Below are positions 34,701 through 48,385 of a stretch of DNA of 64,000 bases, one piece after another. How positions within the stretch are numbered: the first letter of the stretch is position 1; every line of letters starts with the position of its first letter. The stretch covers positions 1,987,663-2,051,662 of the forward strand of contig BDGG01000003.1 in NCBI GenBank assembly GCA_001949185.1, written 5' to 3'. The position numbers were made by a program, and so were the translations under genes. The stretch comes from Ramazzottius varieornatus (taxonomy: Eukaryota; Animalia; Tardigrada). The notes beneath the pieces are model-generated. The model saw only the letters and a list, made by a program, of their open reading frames with translations. It did not search any database and had not been told where the DNA came from.

Positions 34701-37371
34701 TCCTTCCCGTTTCCTCATCTGGGTTGTGTTCTAGACACGAAACGTGCCAGGCTGAACAAAGGGAAACCAACTTCGAAGCGCGATCGAGCTTCACAAGAAC
34801 CTCATCGTCGATCGGACTGGGTCGCCGAATCAGTTATCACAAGCGAGGTCGACAGCGCCTGGAGCGAGTGCAGTGCTCGGTCCGAGTTGGTGGCCACTCC
34901 CGAACGTCGAACACTTCGATCCAGCAAACACGTCACATCAACTGAAAGCCCGATCCAGCAAGCCAAAGGAAGAAAGTCGATCGTCGAGAGTTCTCCTGAC
35001 ATCAGTCCACCTCTGGAATACTCGAAGAGACTTTCTACCCGCTCTTCAGTCACTCTTCCGCATCCTCTGAAGAAGAAGAAGACGCAACCGGAAGCTAAGG
35101 CAGAAATCAGAACAGTAAACTCAAACAAGAAGAATACAGTTCACAAAAACACAAGCAAGACTAATAAGTCAGTCTCGATGCCGGCTAGAAGGTTCTTTCA
35201 AGAAAGTCCTTCAAAGCAGAAAGAGAAAGCGAAAATCTCGAGTGAGAAGCGGAATAAGAATGGAAATGGTTCGGTGGCGTCGCTGAAGTATGTTGCGGTT
35301 GGGAAGGGTGGGACTCTGCGAAGTTCGGCAAGGTTGAAGACAAATGACGTGCCTTCAGCGGTCTCAAGCTCAGAGATCGCTTTCAGGCCTGTTGCAGTGC
35401 AGAGAAAGGAGGAACAGACCTTAGCGAAGAAGAACGATGGTGGGAAGGAAGTGGTGACAGTGAAGCTTCTTCTGGAAAAGATGAAGAAGAAAGTTCACTT
35501 CAGCAAGCAAATTAGCGAGTCAGTCTTCACACCCATCTTTGACGGTGAGAATATTTATTACGATTTCCCTCGAGTCTCAGTATAACAAACTTTTAGGTTT
35601 AGAATCAGTCTTTTCATAATTTCCATAATCATTTGGATTATCTGAGACATCGGCAAATGACTCGATCTTTTTCCTAATGACGCACGCTGTTAGTCAGTAA
35701 CAATAGAAAATGTGCGCCACTTGAAATTACGGTCCTGTTTACTTCCTTCGCCGACTTTCCTTTTTAATATTCTTCTTGTTTTATAGAGATCAGAGGGTAT
35801 GTGACCGGTAGTGGACAAGCCCTGATGGATTCCGGTCCTTATTCTTGTCCCGCAGTGTACGATCCTGAGCCCCAGAGTTTTTCTGAAGTGAAGCGACGTG
35901 GAAGGGAGGAGATCGAGCGACGAAGGAAGAGACGCGTGATGCGTCTGCTGGACATGCTGAAGACGCAGGACCTATCGCTCGTTTCCAAGAGTCCTTCGCA
36001 GCTCTGTGTCCTTGTGGCTGAAGATGGCTTCTTGGTAGCCTCTCACACATACGGAGGTAAGAATTAAATCACGCTAGTACCCTTCTACAAAAGGCTCAGA
36101 TGTTTTGATCACAAAGTCACAAAGGAATCAGAATTTTTGCGAGCTCGGAAGACAAACTCGACGGGATTGTTTTCTCGAGTGGCGCACATTGTCAGTGGTT
36201 TTGTCTCAGAGCTTGCGCCAATTGGGAGAAAGGATGTTGTGGAGGTTGTTTGCCTAGGTCCTGTCCCTAGAGTATTTCCAGAAGCTATTTGTTGATCTGT
36301 GGAGAATCTGTGTTTTCTTTCTAGATTTAGTGACGCACCTGTACGAGCAGCTAGACAGGAGCCGACTCGCTTTCGGTCTGACTCTTCCCACACCCTTCGG
36401 GAAACCCATCCTGATGGATCCTTTGGAGTTCGTCGGTTTGAGTTACAACGTAGTACGCTTCATGCTGGAGCAGCTGACGATCCCCGCTAACGCCTTTAAT
36501 GTGTACGAGCGCAAGTACTTTTCGAAAGAAGTGCTGAAGGGAAGGTCCAAAGGCGAACTGGAAAGCTTCCGCATGACGCTCTTCGACCGCGGTCCCACAT
36601 GCTCGACGTGCCCGCTACCCTTCTTCTGCTTCGTCATTTACGAGTAAGTCGTTCCTTGGTTCCCTCGCGTAGTAACGGATTCTGTAGCTTGATTCGGTTC
36701 TCTAACAAGTGTGTTGTTGCAGAGGACGAACTTACGCCAGAGTACCTCTTCACGAACGGCAAGTCGTGATGAAATGGAACGTTCCTTACGAACCACTCGA
36801 GCAAAACGTAAGCGTGCATCGAACTTCAGAAGTTTTCTCGATGAGTCGAACTAAAGGAAGAGAGGAGTAATTCACATCTTTTTCATTTTTCAGGCGAATT
36901 CTTCATCCATGTATCGAGTCCGCGATACAATCCAAGTTAGCCCGTCGAACTTCCCCGAATATTACGAAGAAATACGGCATAGCACAAGGGTAAGTGAATC
37001 GTGAAAATTTCCAGTTTTTCAATCATGATTAGAAATGGTCCGAACGAACGAAATGGTTTCTAGGGACGTAAAGAGTCATGAAGACGTGACTGACGGGTGA
37101 TTTCTGTGATTTTTTAGCAAACTTGTGTGATGGTGTACACCGTGCATCAGGACCAGAACGTGGTCTCTCTCGCCCTCGTCTCGAAATCAGCGTAAGCGAT
37201 GATATTCATTTCCGATTAGACGAATTGCAAATTCAAAATGTTCCTTGTTCAACTGGTAGGTTTCCAGCTGGGACGGAAATCAAGTTTGATCCGACGAGGC
37301 TTCCGCGACCCATTGAGGCCATCATTGGTGTCAGCGACTTTAGCTGCTTCCAGCACAATCGTGACAAGTAA
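28709..37371 (+). CDS. Trithorax/MLL (KMT2A/B)-like protein: PHD fingers, extended PHD, FYRN, FYRC and a degenerate SET domain
   Basis: PHD cluster 29.6-30.8 kb (CGRCGS..MIHCLGCCQAYHAFC..WYCHRCAECRHC). ePHD RLCMYCTVAGDD..GGRILSVGYDLWAHIGC. FYRN VGGVHVEQLG..LLPCGYKMHRLFWSTKDPR. FYRC LVAEDGFLV..FVGLSYNVVRFMLEQL. SET-like exons 36723-37371. The 5' exons are uncertain. Confidence 0.8.
30239..30287. repeat. Dispersed palindrome copy 6 (trx-like intron)
   Basis: GAAGTGGCGCTC-N25-GGGAGCCACTTA, with outer AAGATC / GATCTT. Confidence 0.7.
32676..32724. repeat. Dispersed palindrome copy 7 (trx-like intron)
   Basis: CAAGTGGCACAC-N25-GTGCGCCACTCT. Confidence 0.78.
33461..33509. repeat. Dispersed palindrome copy 8 (trx-like intron)
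   Basis: CAAGTGGCGCAC-N25-GTGCGCCACTTA, with outer GAGCTCACAAGAT / ATCTTGTCGAGCTC. Confidence 0.85.
35675..35723. repeat. Dispersed palindrome copy 9 (trx-like intron)
   Basis: TAATGACGCAC-N26-GTGCGCCACTTG. Confidence 0.65.
36176..36224. repeat. Dispersed palindrome copy 10 (trx-like intron)
   Basis: CGAGTGGCGCAC-N25-TTGCGCCAATTG. Confidence 0.75.
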
Positions 37372-40300
37372 ACGAACGTGAAATTAACTTCCCCGATTAA
37401 AACATGATGAAATGTCGTTGTTCCGTGAAGAATTGGGTGCATAAGGATGATGCTTATGCACGTACGCATATGTGAAGATGGATGATCGTTCCTTCCTTTC
37501 TTTCTCCAAAGAGCATTGTTTGGCTCTTTTTCGCTTCTCATAGTTTTGTTATTTCCTCTTTTAGAAAAAGCTCCACTTTGCAGACAGTATTTGCTTTTGT
37601 TTTTTGTTCCTAGACCAAAGAAAATAGTTTTTTATTACTTAAACGTGACGAAATGATGAACGTCTTCGGTCAACTATGCCGTCGAGAGATTGTTTTCAAA
37701 GAGAATAAAATAATAATTTATGAAATCAGTGCTTTTTCTCCGGCTTATGATTTTTTCTTCGTGATGAGTGGTCCAACAAGGAGTGTTTTCTCTGCATACA
37801 GGATATTTGAGACAACATCACGTAGGATTACATAATGACTCGTATTCAAGGAATGCGCCGTGAGAGAGGATGGTGTAACGGCAGCCTTGTAAGCCCTGAT
37901 TTAATTTGAGGAGATTGCTGCCACTACTACGCTTTTTTCTTGATGATGCTGAGTTGCCGTTTGATCTATCGTGATCGTGACATCAAGCTCGAGAGCGGAA
38001 CATGGCCAAGCATGGGGCAGCATATCAATCAGTTTTAACAGCTGCAAGCCGTAACGTGGGTTGGAGAAATTGGATAATCACGATGCTCCTTGCCGGCTAA
38101 ATTGCCTGTTCGCTGTTGACCACCGACTAGTCCTGCCATTCGCTTTAGCTCTTAAAAATCTGGGCAAAACAACATCTCGTTTCCTGCCTGGAGGCGGGCA
38201 TACAGCACGAAATATGAACGATGGAGCATAAAAGCCAACCGGAATTATCGGTGGCAATAACAATATTTTGTCTGCAAACCATGTTACCGAAGAGAGGGTA
38301 GACATGTGCGGGGGCAGCTGCCCAAGTGTGCGAACTGACCACAGGGCAGAGCTGCTGTTTACGAAATGGCGCGCTGATGGACTATGTCCCATTGGCCGGC
38401 GCAAGCAGTGGGGGAAGACTCACAGATCACCGCTATCAAGGACAGGAAACGCAATATCGCTACTCAAATTCATGGATGCAACTCAATCAACTCGCTGTTG
38501 CAGGGCGGGACTATGACGTCATCAGAAGCATTTTGTGTTATAAAGGCCATTCTCATAGTGGTCAGAGGCAAACTTGACTGCATGGCTTCAGGTCGGTATC
38601 CATTGATGTATCACTCTCCGCGATCTCATTCTGATCGCTGCTCTCTCGGAAATGTTTTGTTATGTCTCGCGAAGATTACGAAATTCCAGGGTAAATTACA
38701 TCTAATCTGGATTCGCATTTCCGATCGGCTATCTCCGCAGCGCTTCAAGGATTTTATTCACCGTGTCATTGGATTTTCCATTCATGCCTGCGATTGATTG
38801 ACTGGGTTGTTCATGGATTTCGATCACCTTTGAAGAGGTTTGTGCTGTAGGAATAAGCTATACTGTAGTAATCCATTAGCGAACTTTACAAAATGAACCC
38901 GGATTAAAACTCCTGCTTTCCGTTGATCCGGCTTCTCCTTTTAGTGACCCGCATATTTGTGCAATTTAAAAGGCTGAGAAAGGGGAAGAGTGAGACTGAT
39001 GAGAGAAAGCTCCGATTAAAGCCTCGACTTTGTCCTGCACTCCGCTACTTTTATGTCGTCGTAAAAGCTGCAAAGCATCTAAAGCTAATCGTTCTCGGAG
39101 CAAAACAAACACAGCATGGTTATCGATACTCGCCAACTCCAAGCTTAGGCCTGTGAGTGAAAGTAGGGGAATTGTATTGTTCATTTTGCAGGTTGGAATG
39201 TGCACCATTTTCCCAGCAAATTCGGAATAACACGCATAACGTACAGGTAACGTCATCGACACAGCCGAACTTACCGGACAGTGGATACTGCAGCCTGCCG
39301 AACAGAGGTCGTCATCGAGTGCGTCACGAATCCAAAGCCATATCACCATCCTTCAATCAACGGGTAAGCAGCCTATTGTATCACTTGATTGACACAACAG
39401 TCTGATTTGCCTATTGTGACGTTTTTGACGTGGTTTCGGTTCTGAAAAGTCTTCCGAGGAGTATCGCGAGCAAGTTTAATGGCGTGAAGTGCATTTGACG
39501 GGTACAAGCTGGTCAATGCTGTGGTGTAGTTGTCTTTGCAGGTCCTGATTGAGTTTCGAACGAACAGTTGGTACTTTGCTAGCTGTCAGGTGGTGTTAGA
39601 CGGAACGATGCTTGAGAAATATGATTTTGCTGTCATGTGTTAGGAACGATAGCCGTTGCCGACGGAAATGATGCTTCGTTGCATCTCTTGTCCGATCAGG
39701 TCGCTCTTTCTAGCGTCATTCGAGCGCGGTCCTAGGCCAGCTTCTCCGATCGATCGCTGCGCGGAGCGCGGTCAGCCATGAAGTGAAGCAATCTCTGACT
39801 GACCATCTGTGCTTTGTAAAGGCAGAGTGGGTTGGTAAAGGCTTCCCATCACGGTGACTTACAGACCACTCGTGCGTTTCTCTCTGTATTCACTGTAAAC
39901 AGTAATTTCTCTTTATGCAACGATTACGGGAAACCATCGCAGTATTCGGACATAGGCCGGGAGAAAGTACAAACGACATGGCGTCATATCGTTTGTACTT
40001 TCTTCCTGCACTTCCAGTCGAACCTTTCAGCTTGGTTTCATAGTCCTATGCCTTCGGTTTTGCCTGAGGAAATCGTTCGGGAAGAAGAGAAGTTCGAGTT
40101 GGGAATGAAAACCGCGCGAGTTGATTCGATGAGACTTCGGATGTGAGTTAGTGTTAAAAGGACGTGTCGATTGAGCAGTTTGAAATGGGTCTCTCGTCAG
40201 CTCATCAGTTCACTAAAGACATTCCCATTTCACGAGGGATAAAAGCGTCTTTGATTTGGTCGGAAGAGAGGCTTGATTCGATCTCTTGGTCGGTGGACAA

Positions 40301-43300
40301 AAGAGGGACCGTTAATCGTTGACCGGCGTCGCACTGTCGATTTATCGATTGCAAATTCATTCCTGGTCTACGATTAGCTTCAATATCTGAGCATTCTTTC
40401 TTCAGCGTTGACCACTTCGATTTTACAGTGCGGTATTTGTGCGCGGGTTGATCGCGGTTTTGAAGCTGACCGAACTGTGTCAATAATTGAGAGCAAAGTA
40501 AGATCGGAAATGGTATGTTTCACACTCAACCTGCAATCACCGTAGGGGGAGTTAATAATTGCCATCTCCTCAAAGAACGAACTACTTTTTACTCGAAACA
40601 AATTCAGCGGTTGATGCAGCTAATGATCGCCCGAAGTATTTTCTGATTTCCTCTGATTTCCTCGGCAATTTTTGAGGAAACTTCTTCTGTCTCGCCTCAG
40701 TGAACGAAACGCGACCATGGTTTTCCTAAATACTGTACCTGCTATAAGTCGGCTTACGCCACGGCACAAGTCTCGGTCCCCCTGTCTATCCTCATTATTA
40801 TTCAAGCAAAACCGGACGGAAATGAAAGCAATATTGACCTCGAACCTGACCGGTTACTTGTCAGCACTCGAGCGGTAAAGGCGCGAAGGAAGGCTGAGAT
40901 ATGACAACTTTGTGTAACCCTCTTCAGTCTGCACCTGACGTAAGCATCTTTCAGAGGGACCGAAGTATGTTTGAACGTTCCCCGGGTCTTGGTCGGGTTC
41001 GTATCTTTAGCTTGAAACCTGGACCAATCGGGAACCTGAAGCGCGCGAACTCATGCGGGTCATCAGCAGAGCGCGCGCGAAGTCATGTGGGTACACGACG
41101 TAGCTCGGGCAAATGTCCGAACGCCAACTCGAACCTGACTTCCAGTTAGAAGTTTGGTTAACCTGATTTTATGTTGCAAGCAACTTTGTTTCACAACGGA
41201 GGAAGCCTGAAGCAAGGTTGGGAAATCCGATTTGCGAGCAAAGCAAACAGCAGGCGAGTGAAGCCGAACGGGAATGATGGATAGCGAGGCTTCGCTTCAA
41301 AGAATTTGCCCAAACGTGCGCGTAGTCTTGCTTGGTGCTGTCCACGGTTTGATTCAAGCTGGACACTAGCTCGTAGGTCGCGTCTAGCAATTTCTGTAGG
41401 AATTTGCATACTTTCTGAATGTGATAGTCGGACGTAATTCGAGTCTCATTAGGACATGCGCGCTTGGATGCCGGCGGCCCTGTCGGAGGGCGAAAATTAC
41501 AGGGAAATTTGAATAGAAAGCAGGAAGGGGAGAAGCGGAACTTGTGAAAGTTGGAAACAGAGGGATTCAATATAGCTGGAGGAAAAACGAGAGATGGAGT
41601 ACAAATGCTCGGAATGCGGCCATCTGTGTTCCAACAACTCGATAAGATGCACAGTAAATCTGGTGAAAGTCTGCTGTCAACAAGTTGACCAGAATTCAGT
41701 TTCTTTATGCAGAGAGTTCTTGTCGTAGTCTGGAGAAAGAAAAAGTGTTTACAGTTGGGGTTCGAGTTTATGGTGAGAAAAGATACACCAGTGGTCAGTA
41801 ATTTGATCGGCGTTGGCGTACAGTCGTCGAGTTGTCCAGAATTAGGCTTGACATGTTCCGCAACACTGCGCGTGGCTGCGCTGGACTTTTGCCGAGCGTC
41901 CTTCTCCGGCCGGCCCTTTCAACAAGCTAATTAGCTAGGGAGATCAAAGTAGCGCATGTTATGAAGCTGATATTGGTCGAGTGGACACGAAGCTATCTGG
42001 TGAGGACTTGCTAACTCTGGCCTTTGCTTCTGGTCATCCCGAATGATGATGGATGCCGATGCCGGGTGTCAGTCAGATGGCGACAGGAACAAGAAGTGTC
42101 GGCGCGGCCAAGTCAATGGCTGATCCCTTGGCGATCATCGAGTAGCCTTTCCACTAATGTGTGAAGTCAAGGGATATGAGTTAGCAGCTGTCCATTTTCG
42201 GATATTGAGAAGTCAAATGATGGTGTGTATGCAGTAAGGGAGAAGTCGAACATGGCGTCAAGAGGAAAACCTCGAAATCTGTGATCGAAGACCCAAAGCG
42301 GCTGCAGGAATACTGGAGACGACGATTCGATGTCTGAAATCTAGAGTTCTCTTTTGGACGGTGTTTCGAGTCTGCCTGTTACAAGTCTAAAAGTCGGAAA
42401 TAGGGGTCGCTTTTAGCACTGACTGATCGGTTCGGAAGCTTTCTCCTCGAGCTCGATTCTTGGGACGTCTCAGAGGGCGGTGTTTAGTGCAACAGCCAGC
42501 AACTTGGGCCTTCCGGTTACTCCATTCGTTATAGTAAACGACCAATTTGATCTGGCTGCGTCTCGGGTCTAATTAAATTGATTTGACAGGCACTGGTTGA
42601 CGACGACGGAGCAATTTGTCATGAAACGTGCGCCCGCCTGTTCTACTTTCTTTCGTGCGCGAATTTCCAAATTAGTAAAGTTCTTTGTGGTGAGTTTCTG
42701 ACATTCTGAATTAGGGATGGTTGGTCCTGATGGGGAAGTGTAAGGGAATGGGCGGGTTTATGGTTTGATTGTTTTGGCGCAGTTTGTCTGGTGTGGAGAA
42801 ATTTTAATTTTTGATTTTAAGAGCTTGCGTATAAATGATGAAGTGGAATGTGAAGAGCTTCGATGCATCTTCACACTTTTGACCCACTTTTGGCGGACAG
42901 CGCTCTTGTACACTGCCAAGCATAACAGCCAACGATGGCTGTTTGACTTCGTTTAGTCCGATGCAGCAATCCACGTTTGACCGTTCAGTACACTGTTGTG
43001 ATGATCTCCTACTCGACACAGCTGCGATAACCGATACTCTGCTGTCGTAACATTTGGCCGGGCTCTTGTGGAGGGTTGTGTATGCATTTTCACGTGGAGT
43101 ATGTAGAATTCCATCGCTTGCGCTCCTCTGTTTGTTTGGGAAAATAATGACCGGAAGAGAAATGCGGCTGGAATTTTGTTTGCGAGGAGTTTCTGCATTC
43201 CATCTCTGAGGTAAGTCCCTGCAGTGCTCGAATGATTCGATACGCTCCTTTCGTTATTCGTCAAACGAAGAACAATAAATGGGACGCTGCTTGATGGAAA

Positions 43301-43314
43301 ACTATATTGCTCGG

Positions 43315-43362
43315 CTAGTGGCGCATATTCCCAGCCTATAACAAGTGACCGTGCGCCATTTG
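43315..43362. repeat. Dispersed palindrome copy 11 (gene-poor region)
   Basis: CTAGTGGCGCAT-N24-GTGCGCCATTTG. Confidence 0.7.
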
Positions 43363-46300
43363 ATGCAAAGATCTGGTTCAGCTCTTTACCCGCGTCCCAG
43401 TTAGTTTCTGACGAGCGCCAACGGTCAGTTGGAGAAGCCGGAAGTTTGCGAAAGGAAGGTTCAAAGTGTTCCATAAGAACACGTGTGTTGAGGGCGAAGG
43501 AACATTCTTCGGTGCGTCGTGCGTTCGGCTTTCGCCGTTGGTCAGCTGCGATGTTTTGCAAGAACATTGTGCATGCTCGTTCTCGATCGTGCTGGCGAAT
43601 ATCAACTAAAGCTCAATAAAGCATGGAAAGAGGAACTCGATGAATTATTTAGCGTCGCTTTTGGTCGTTTTTGCAGAGACCGGAACTAAAAGGTCCACGT
43701 AAAGTGGCTTGTAGTGCGGACATAAACAGTCAAGTGAGGCAACATGGCGGACTAATTCGCTGCAGCTTTGCGAAATAGCGCAGATCTTATGACAGCCTTT
43801 GACACTTTCCAACAGCTCGTAAAACGGTTCGCGACCGCCATTTCTATTCTTCGCGATCCGCTAGGTGAAACTCAGGAAGGTCTTCCACGCTTGGTGAAGC
43901 TCAAAACGGAACACTGAAAAACTGATACAAAACTTTGGCGAACTTTCGATGGCAAGTTTTTGTCTGACTGCGGAGTCTCGATGCGGGTTTCGAACGAACA
44001 AGAGAAATGAAGGGTTATGATGGTGGTGTCGTTTCTTTAGGAGTAATTGTCAGACTGAAGGAGGGTACTTCACAGAGTGGTGATTGTGATGTTGAAAAGA
44101 GGTGAAGTCATCATTACCTGAGGTTTTTATGATAGATTCTGGGCAATATGTAGCTAGTGTCGGTCATTATTTGTGATTAATGAGGCGGACAGCGGTGCCC
44201 TGCCTTTAGCTTTACGGCAGATCAGACAAGGTACGCCGAGGCCGAATAGAGTGGCCGACAAGATTGATACGCTGACAGAATGTCTTGCGACAAGAGAGCG
44301 CTATCGATAATCATATGACCGGATGTCTTGAGTGTTGAGGTGCTTTTTCTACTGGTGATCCGTGCGAGCGCATTCACTGGACGACGGACGATAGTTGACG
44401 CGGGAGAACACAGCCAGTAAGTAATATTAATGGCGCCCTTGTTTGTGAGAACGGGCAAATATTGACTCTCCTTCATTGTCTTAATAAAAGATCATGCAGT
44501 AAAACCCTCTTGTTCTACTGTCTTGTAGGCTTTGTCGAGCTGGAGTGTGAGCGTTCTTGATAGCGCTCCCAGGCCTTGCGAGACGACCTGCGAGGCTGCA
44601 GTGACGAGCTGTTTGCTCAAAGGATACTGGTCAGCGTGTCAAGGGATTCTCAAGCTACCGTTGGCGTGGATTCCGTCGACCGACTTTCTCCACTTTCAAA
44701 TTCCAGGCTGCTGCTAGCGCAAGGTGTGATACTTCGCACCTCGAAGGCTGGTTTTGGTGCAGTCGTAGGTAGACTTTGAGAATACGCATGGCTTTTGGGG
44801 TTTCCGTTCGAATATCATGGCGACCCCGTTAAAGTGGCGCGCTGTGGTGGCTTTCTGGAGTATTGCGCGACTTTAACGGGGTACCCGTAGTCCGTGCATC
44901 GTTCCCCCGACAGAGTAGCGCAGCTTTGGAGTTTAGGAGCAAACCACTTCTTCTGAGCTTGGCGGCAAATCTTGCATCGTACTATCTTGGTCTTTTGGTC
45001 TGGTTTAGAAAGTATCTCAGGCAGCTTCCACCGTAGGGTGGTGGGAAAGTCCCTTTACACTTAGCGAAGTCGAAAGCCTTTCGAGAAAAGTGAGTCTGTG
45101 TGGGGGTGGACTGTGGGAATTTTAACGAGTCTTTGAAGGCAAATGGAGCGCGAATAATTGTAGTTTGCCTTGTGGTGGTAATCTTTAGGAAGAGGCGTGA
45201 ATGCGGTGACGAAAGTTTCCACTCTATTAATTGAAAGCTTTCTTTCTCAAACTTTCTTGCGGGGCGAGAAGATACGTTTTACGGCTTGATTATTTCTTTA
45301 GGTTAGTCTTTTATTCGAGTTATCGCCAGAGCGCACACGACGGGGAGTATATTGAATGCTCAGCGAACCGTAGCTGGCTCCTCGCACGTGGACTAATCCC
45401 TTCCGGCTTTCTCGGGAACGCCGTTCTTTGTTTGGTTTCCGGTGCGAACCTTCAACTTGAGCGAACAGATTCACGCCCAATCTCGTTCATTGGAGAGCTT
45501 CGATATCAGCACAAAAATTTGTCTTGAGAAATTTTAGCAACTTTACCGACTTGGAACTTTAAAACCAGAAATACAAAATGACAGGGCAAATTTGATGAAA
45601 ATAGTGGAATCTTTTCAGGAAACGGAAATGAGCGAATTATTTCGGTGAGGGTTGGTTGAGTTTTTGTCCTTATCGAGCATACACTTATTTGCTCTGTGGG
45701 ATTGTATGCTCGGCTGAGTATTTCGCGTTTCTCGTCCCCATTCTTCTGCTCATCAAGTCCCTCGTGTGATATTAGTATTGATCGTACTACATCCTGTTCC
45801 TGAAGCTCGAGAATCAACTGCCCTCCATTTCGAGTAGATAATTCGATTACTGGCAAAAGCAGGCAAACCAATTTGTTGGGCACACTACTGATGAGAGACC
45901 CAAAACGACGAGGGACGAATTCTAATTGCTTCCGATAGAAATCGCGATGTGGTTCTTGAAGTTTTTTCCTACTTGGAAGCAAAGAGGGACCCTTGAGTGA
46001 TGAACGAGTAATTGGGTATACTTTGAATGATTGCAAAACCAACTTCAGTTTTTTTCGTCCCCTCTTTCCGATCATCTGCCGGTTGATAATAATGTTCCAG
46101 ATGGCGTATTTGGACATGATTGATGCTGGAGCTGTTGGCAGCTGATATGCATCGGCTGTGTTTAGTTGTCCTCATTTGGGATGGATTTAGCGCTTATTAT
46201 TTTGTCGTTTGTACAGGACGAGGAAACGGTTGTGAATGACGCGAAGGCTGCTTACCGGTGCTATTTCACCATGATCAGAGGATTAAACTAAGGGGTCTGT

Positions 46301-48336
46301 CAATGTTTTCAGGTCGATCTCGTTATGTCGCTCCTTTCCAGAGAGGCTAATCCGTGACAGACTGACTCGTAATTGAGGGTTGACGATCGATTAGTGAAAT
46401 GAGAAGAGGGAACCGGGTGAAACTTCACGTTTAGATAGTACGTATTTGTAGAGCTAATCGTTGCTACAAAGTATGGCCATTTTGAAAACGCATTCTGCAC
46501 AGATCCATTTCAACAATCCTTCTAATGCTCCCTTCTTTATCTAATCCACAAAATACATGTGCGGAAAGGCGAACTGGGCCTCCCATTGTCGAGAAGCCAG
46601 AAAGCCGAAACATACGTAGATTCCCCGAGTGCGCAAGCGGAACAGAGTACTCAGCACATCTTACTACAAAAGGTTTTCCGACTAAAGTGGCGCACTCTTG
46701 AAAACAGTCCCAGGTACATTGGTTCACTTCATTCGATGTCAGTAGATTTCCTTCTGGCATGGAAAATGCTCTAAAACACCTTCAAAGAAGGTTGTTTGGT
46801 CGGAAGGAAGTTTCGAGCGGGTATCATGAGTGCGCAAGTTCGGAAAGAATGTGGCTGGTGTGAGGTACGGGGAACCTTCGCTGCGCGCTCTCCGATCGAT
46901 AGACTTGGTCATCATGATCCTCGTCGATCGAAGAGGTCCTCAGAGAGTTCGCTGACATACTTTGCGCTTTACGGCAACGAGGATCACGTACTGGTATGAT
47001 TAGATGAGTGGTCCGCAACATGGTCTCTCGGGATAGAGGAAGACCTTGCCATTGTGTCAGTGTTTTGACCAAGCTTCCAGAATGCGAAATACTGGCTGAG
47101 TCAGCACGCACCCATACACCCTGCATTCTTCCCTTATCAAAAGACCTCGATATCATACCGAGCGTTCAATATTGCCAAAGGTGTGTTTAGGTTTTCCGCG
47201 TGAGACCGATAGACGTACTTCATTCGTTGAGCAATACGGTGACACTCATCAGACAGAGAACAGTTTTAACCGTGTAGACTAGGTTACTATCAAGAATGGA
47301 TATGATGAGTAATTTGGTGAGTTCACCTAGCGATGATTTGATACTGCCGTGTGCACTTGTCTACCTGCGATGACGAGAGGGTTGATCAAGCGTGGAAAAC
47401 CGGCTTGTAAAAATAAAACGTCTCTCTGACAGTGGCGAGGTACTTCCTTCCCTGTTGCGCATAAATCAGCGACTCACCCTGGCTTCCATTGTCGGCTACC
47501 CGTTGCAGCATTGAAGCGCACAATCGTATATACGGTAGTCTCGGGGTCTCAATTGAGGTCCCTCGCAGTCGCATATACCACACTGTGGAGGGAAATGTGA
47601 GTCTAATCTTATCGGCGTCAACGGCGGATTATCAAATATGCAAGGCCGTTATCGGCTGCTTTTGTGTGTATGTTGTGCGCGAATACAAGCTGGGCTCGTG
47701 GTCGTAGCTGCTAACGGTGCGTAATGCCGGCCCGACCATACCATACCTACCTTTGATTAAATTTCCGCTGACTGGTCCGACGCTGAGTTGCAGTGAAGGT
47801 AGTACCTTGGCGTGGTCTTTCTTTAACGACTGCGTGGCTCATGGATGTACACGATTTTGTGCAGGTATGCTAAACTGGCCCTAGCTTCGTCGGACTACAG
47901 ACTTACTTCTTGGAGTTGGACCGACGTGGTGAAATGTAGGGTGAAAACTGGCTGGTTGTTGATTTTAAAGTCTCAGATTTTGTGGCGGTCCATGATTAAC
48001 GCCCTGAGCAAGGTTTAATGTACGACTGACTGGGATTTGTGGTTTGATGTTATGTATCTGTGTTGATGGATAACCGTGTACGGGAGTAACGACTCTGGCT
48101 CATCGACTCATCATCCCTGTTTTGCTGCTTACAGATGAGCCATAGCTTCCGGCATATCCCGTCATCTTTTGTGCTAACGTCAAGGACGCACGACAACGAG
48201 TGCGGACTATTGATTGTTTGAACGTTCAAGTATCTTTTGCATTGGTTCTTCATCTGCTTCAACTCTTTTCGGACTGCACTTCGGATTCCCAAAGTCCGAT
48301 CGTGAAACCACAGGTAAGCCTGCCAGATCGTTTTCT

Positions 48337-48385
48337 CAACTGGCGGACATTCTCATTATCATTGGTTGAGAGTGTGTGCCACTTG
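48337..48385. repeat. Dispersed palindrome copy 12 (probable 5'UTR intron of the LRR gene)
   Basis: CAACTGGCGGAC-N25-GTGTGCCACTTG. Confidence 0.7.

Noticed and set aside
42953-46117. 204-aa (42953-43567) and 203-aa (45506-46117) minus-strand ORFs
   Set aside because: No recognisable motifs or exon structure, and one overlaps a palindromic repeat; consistent with chance ORFs.
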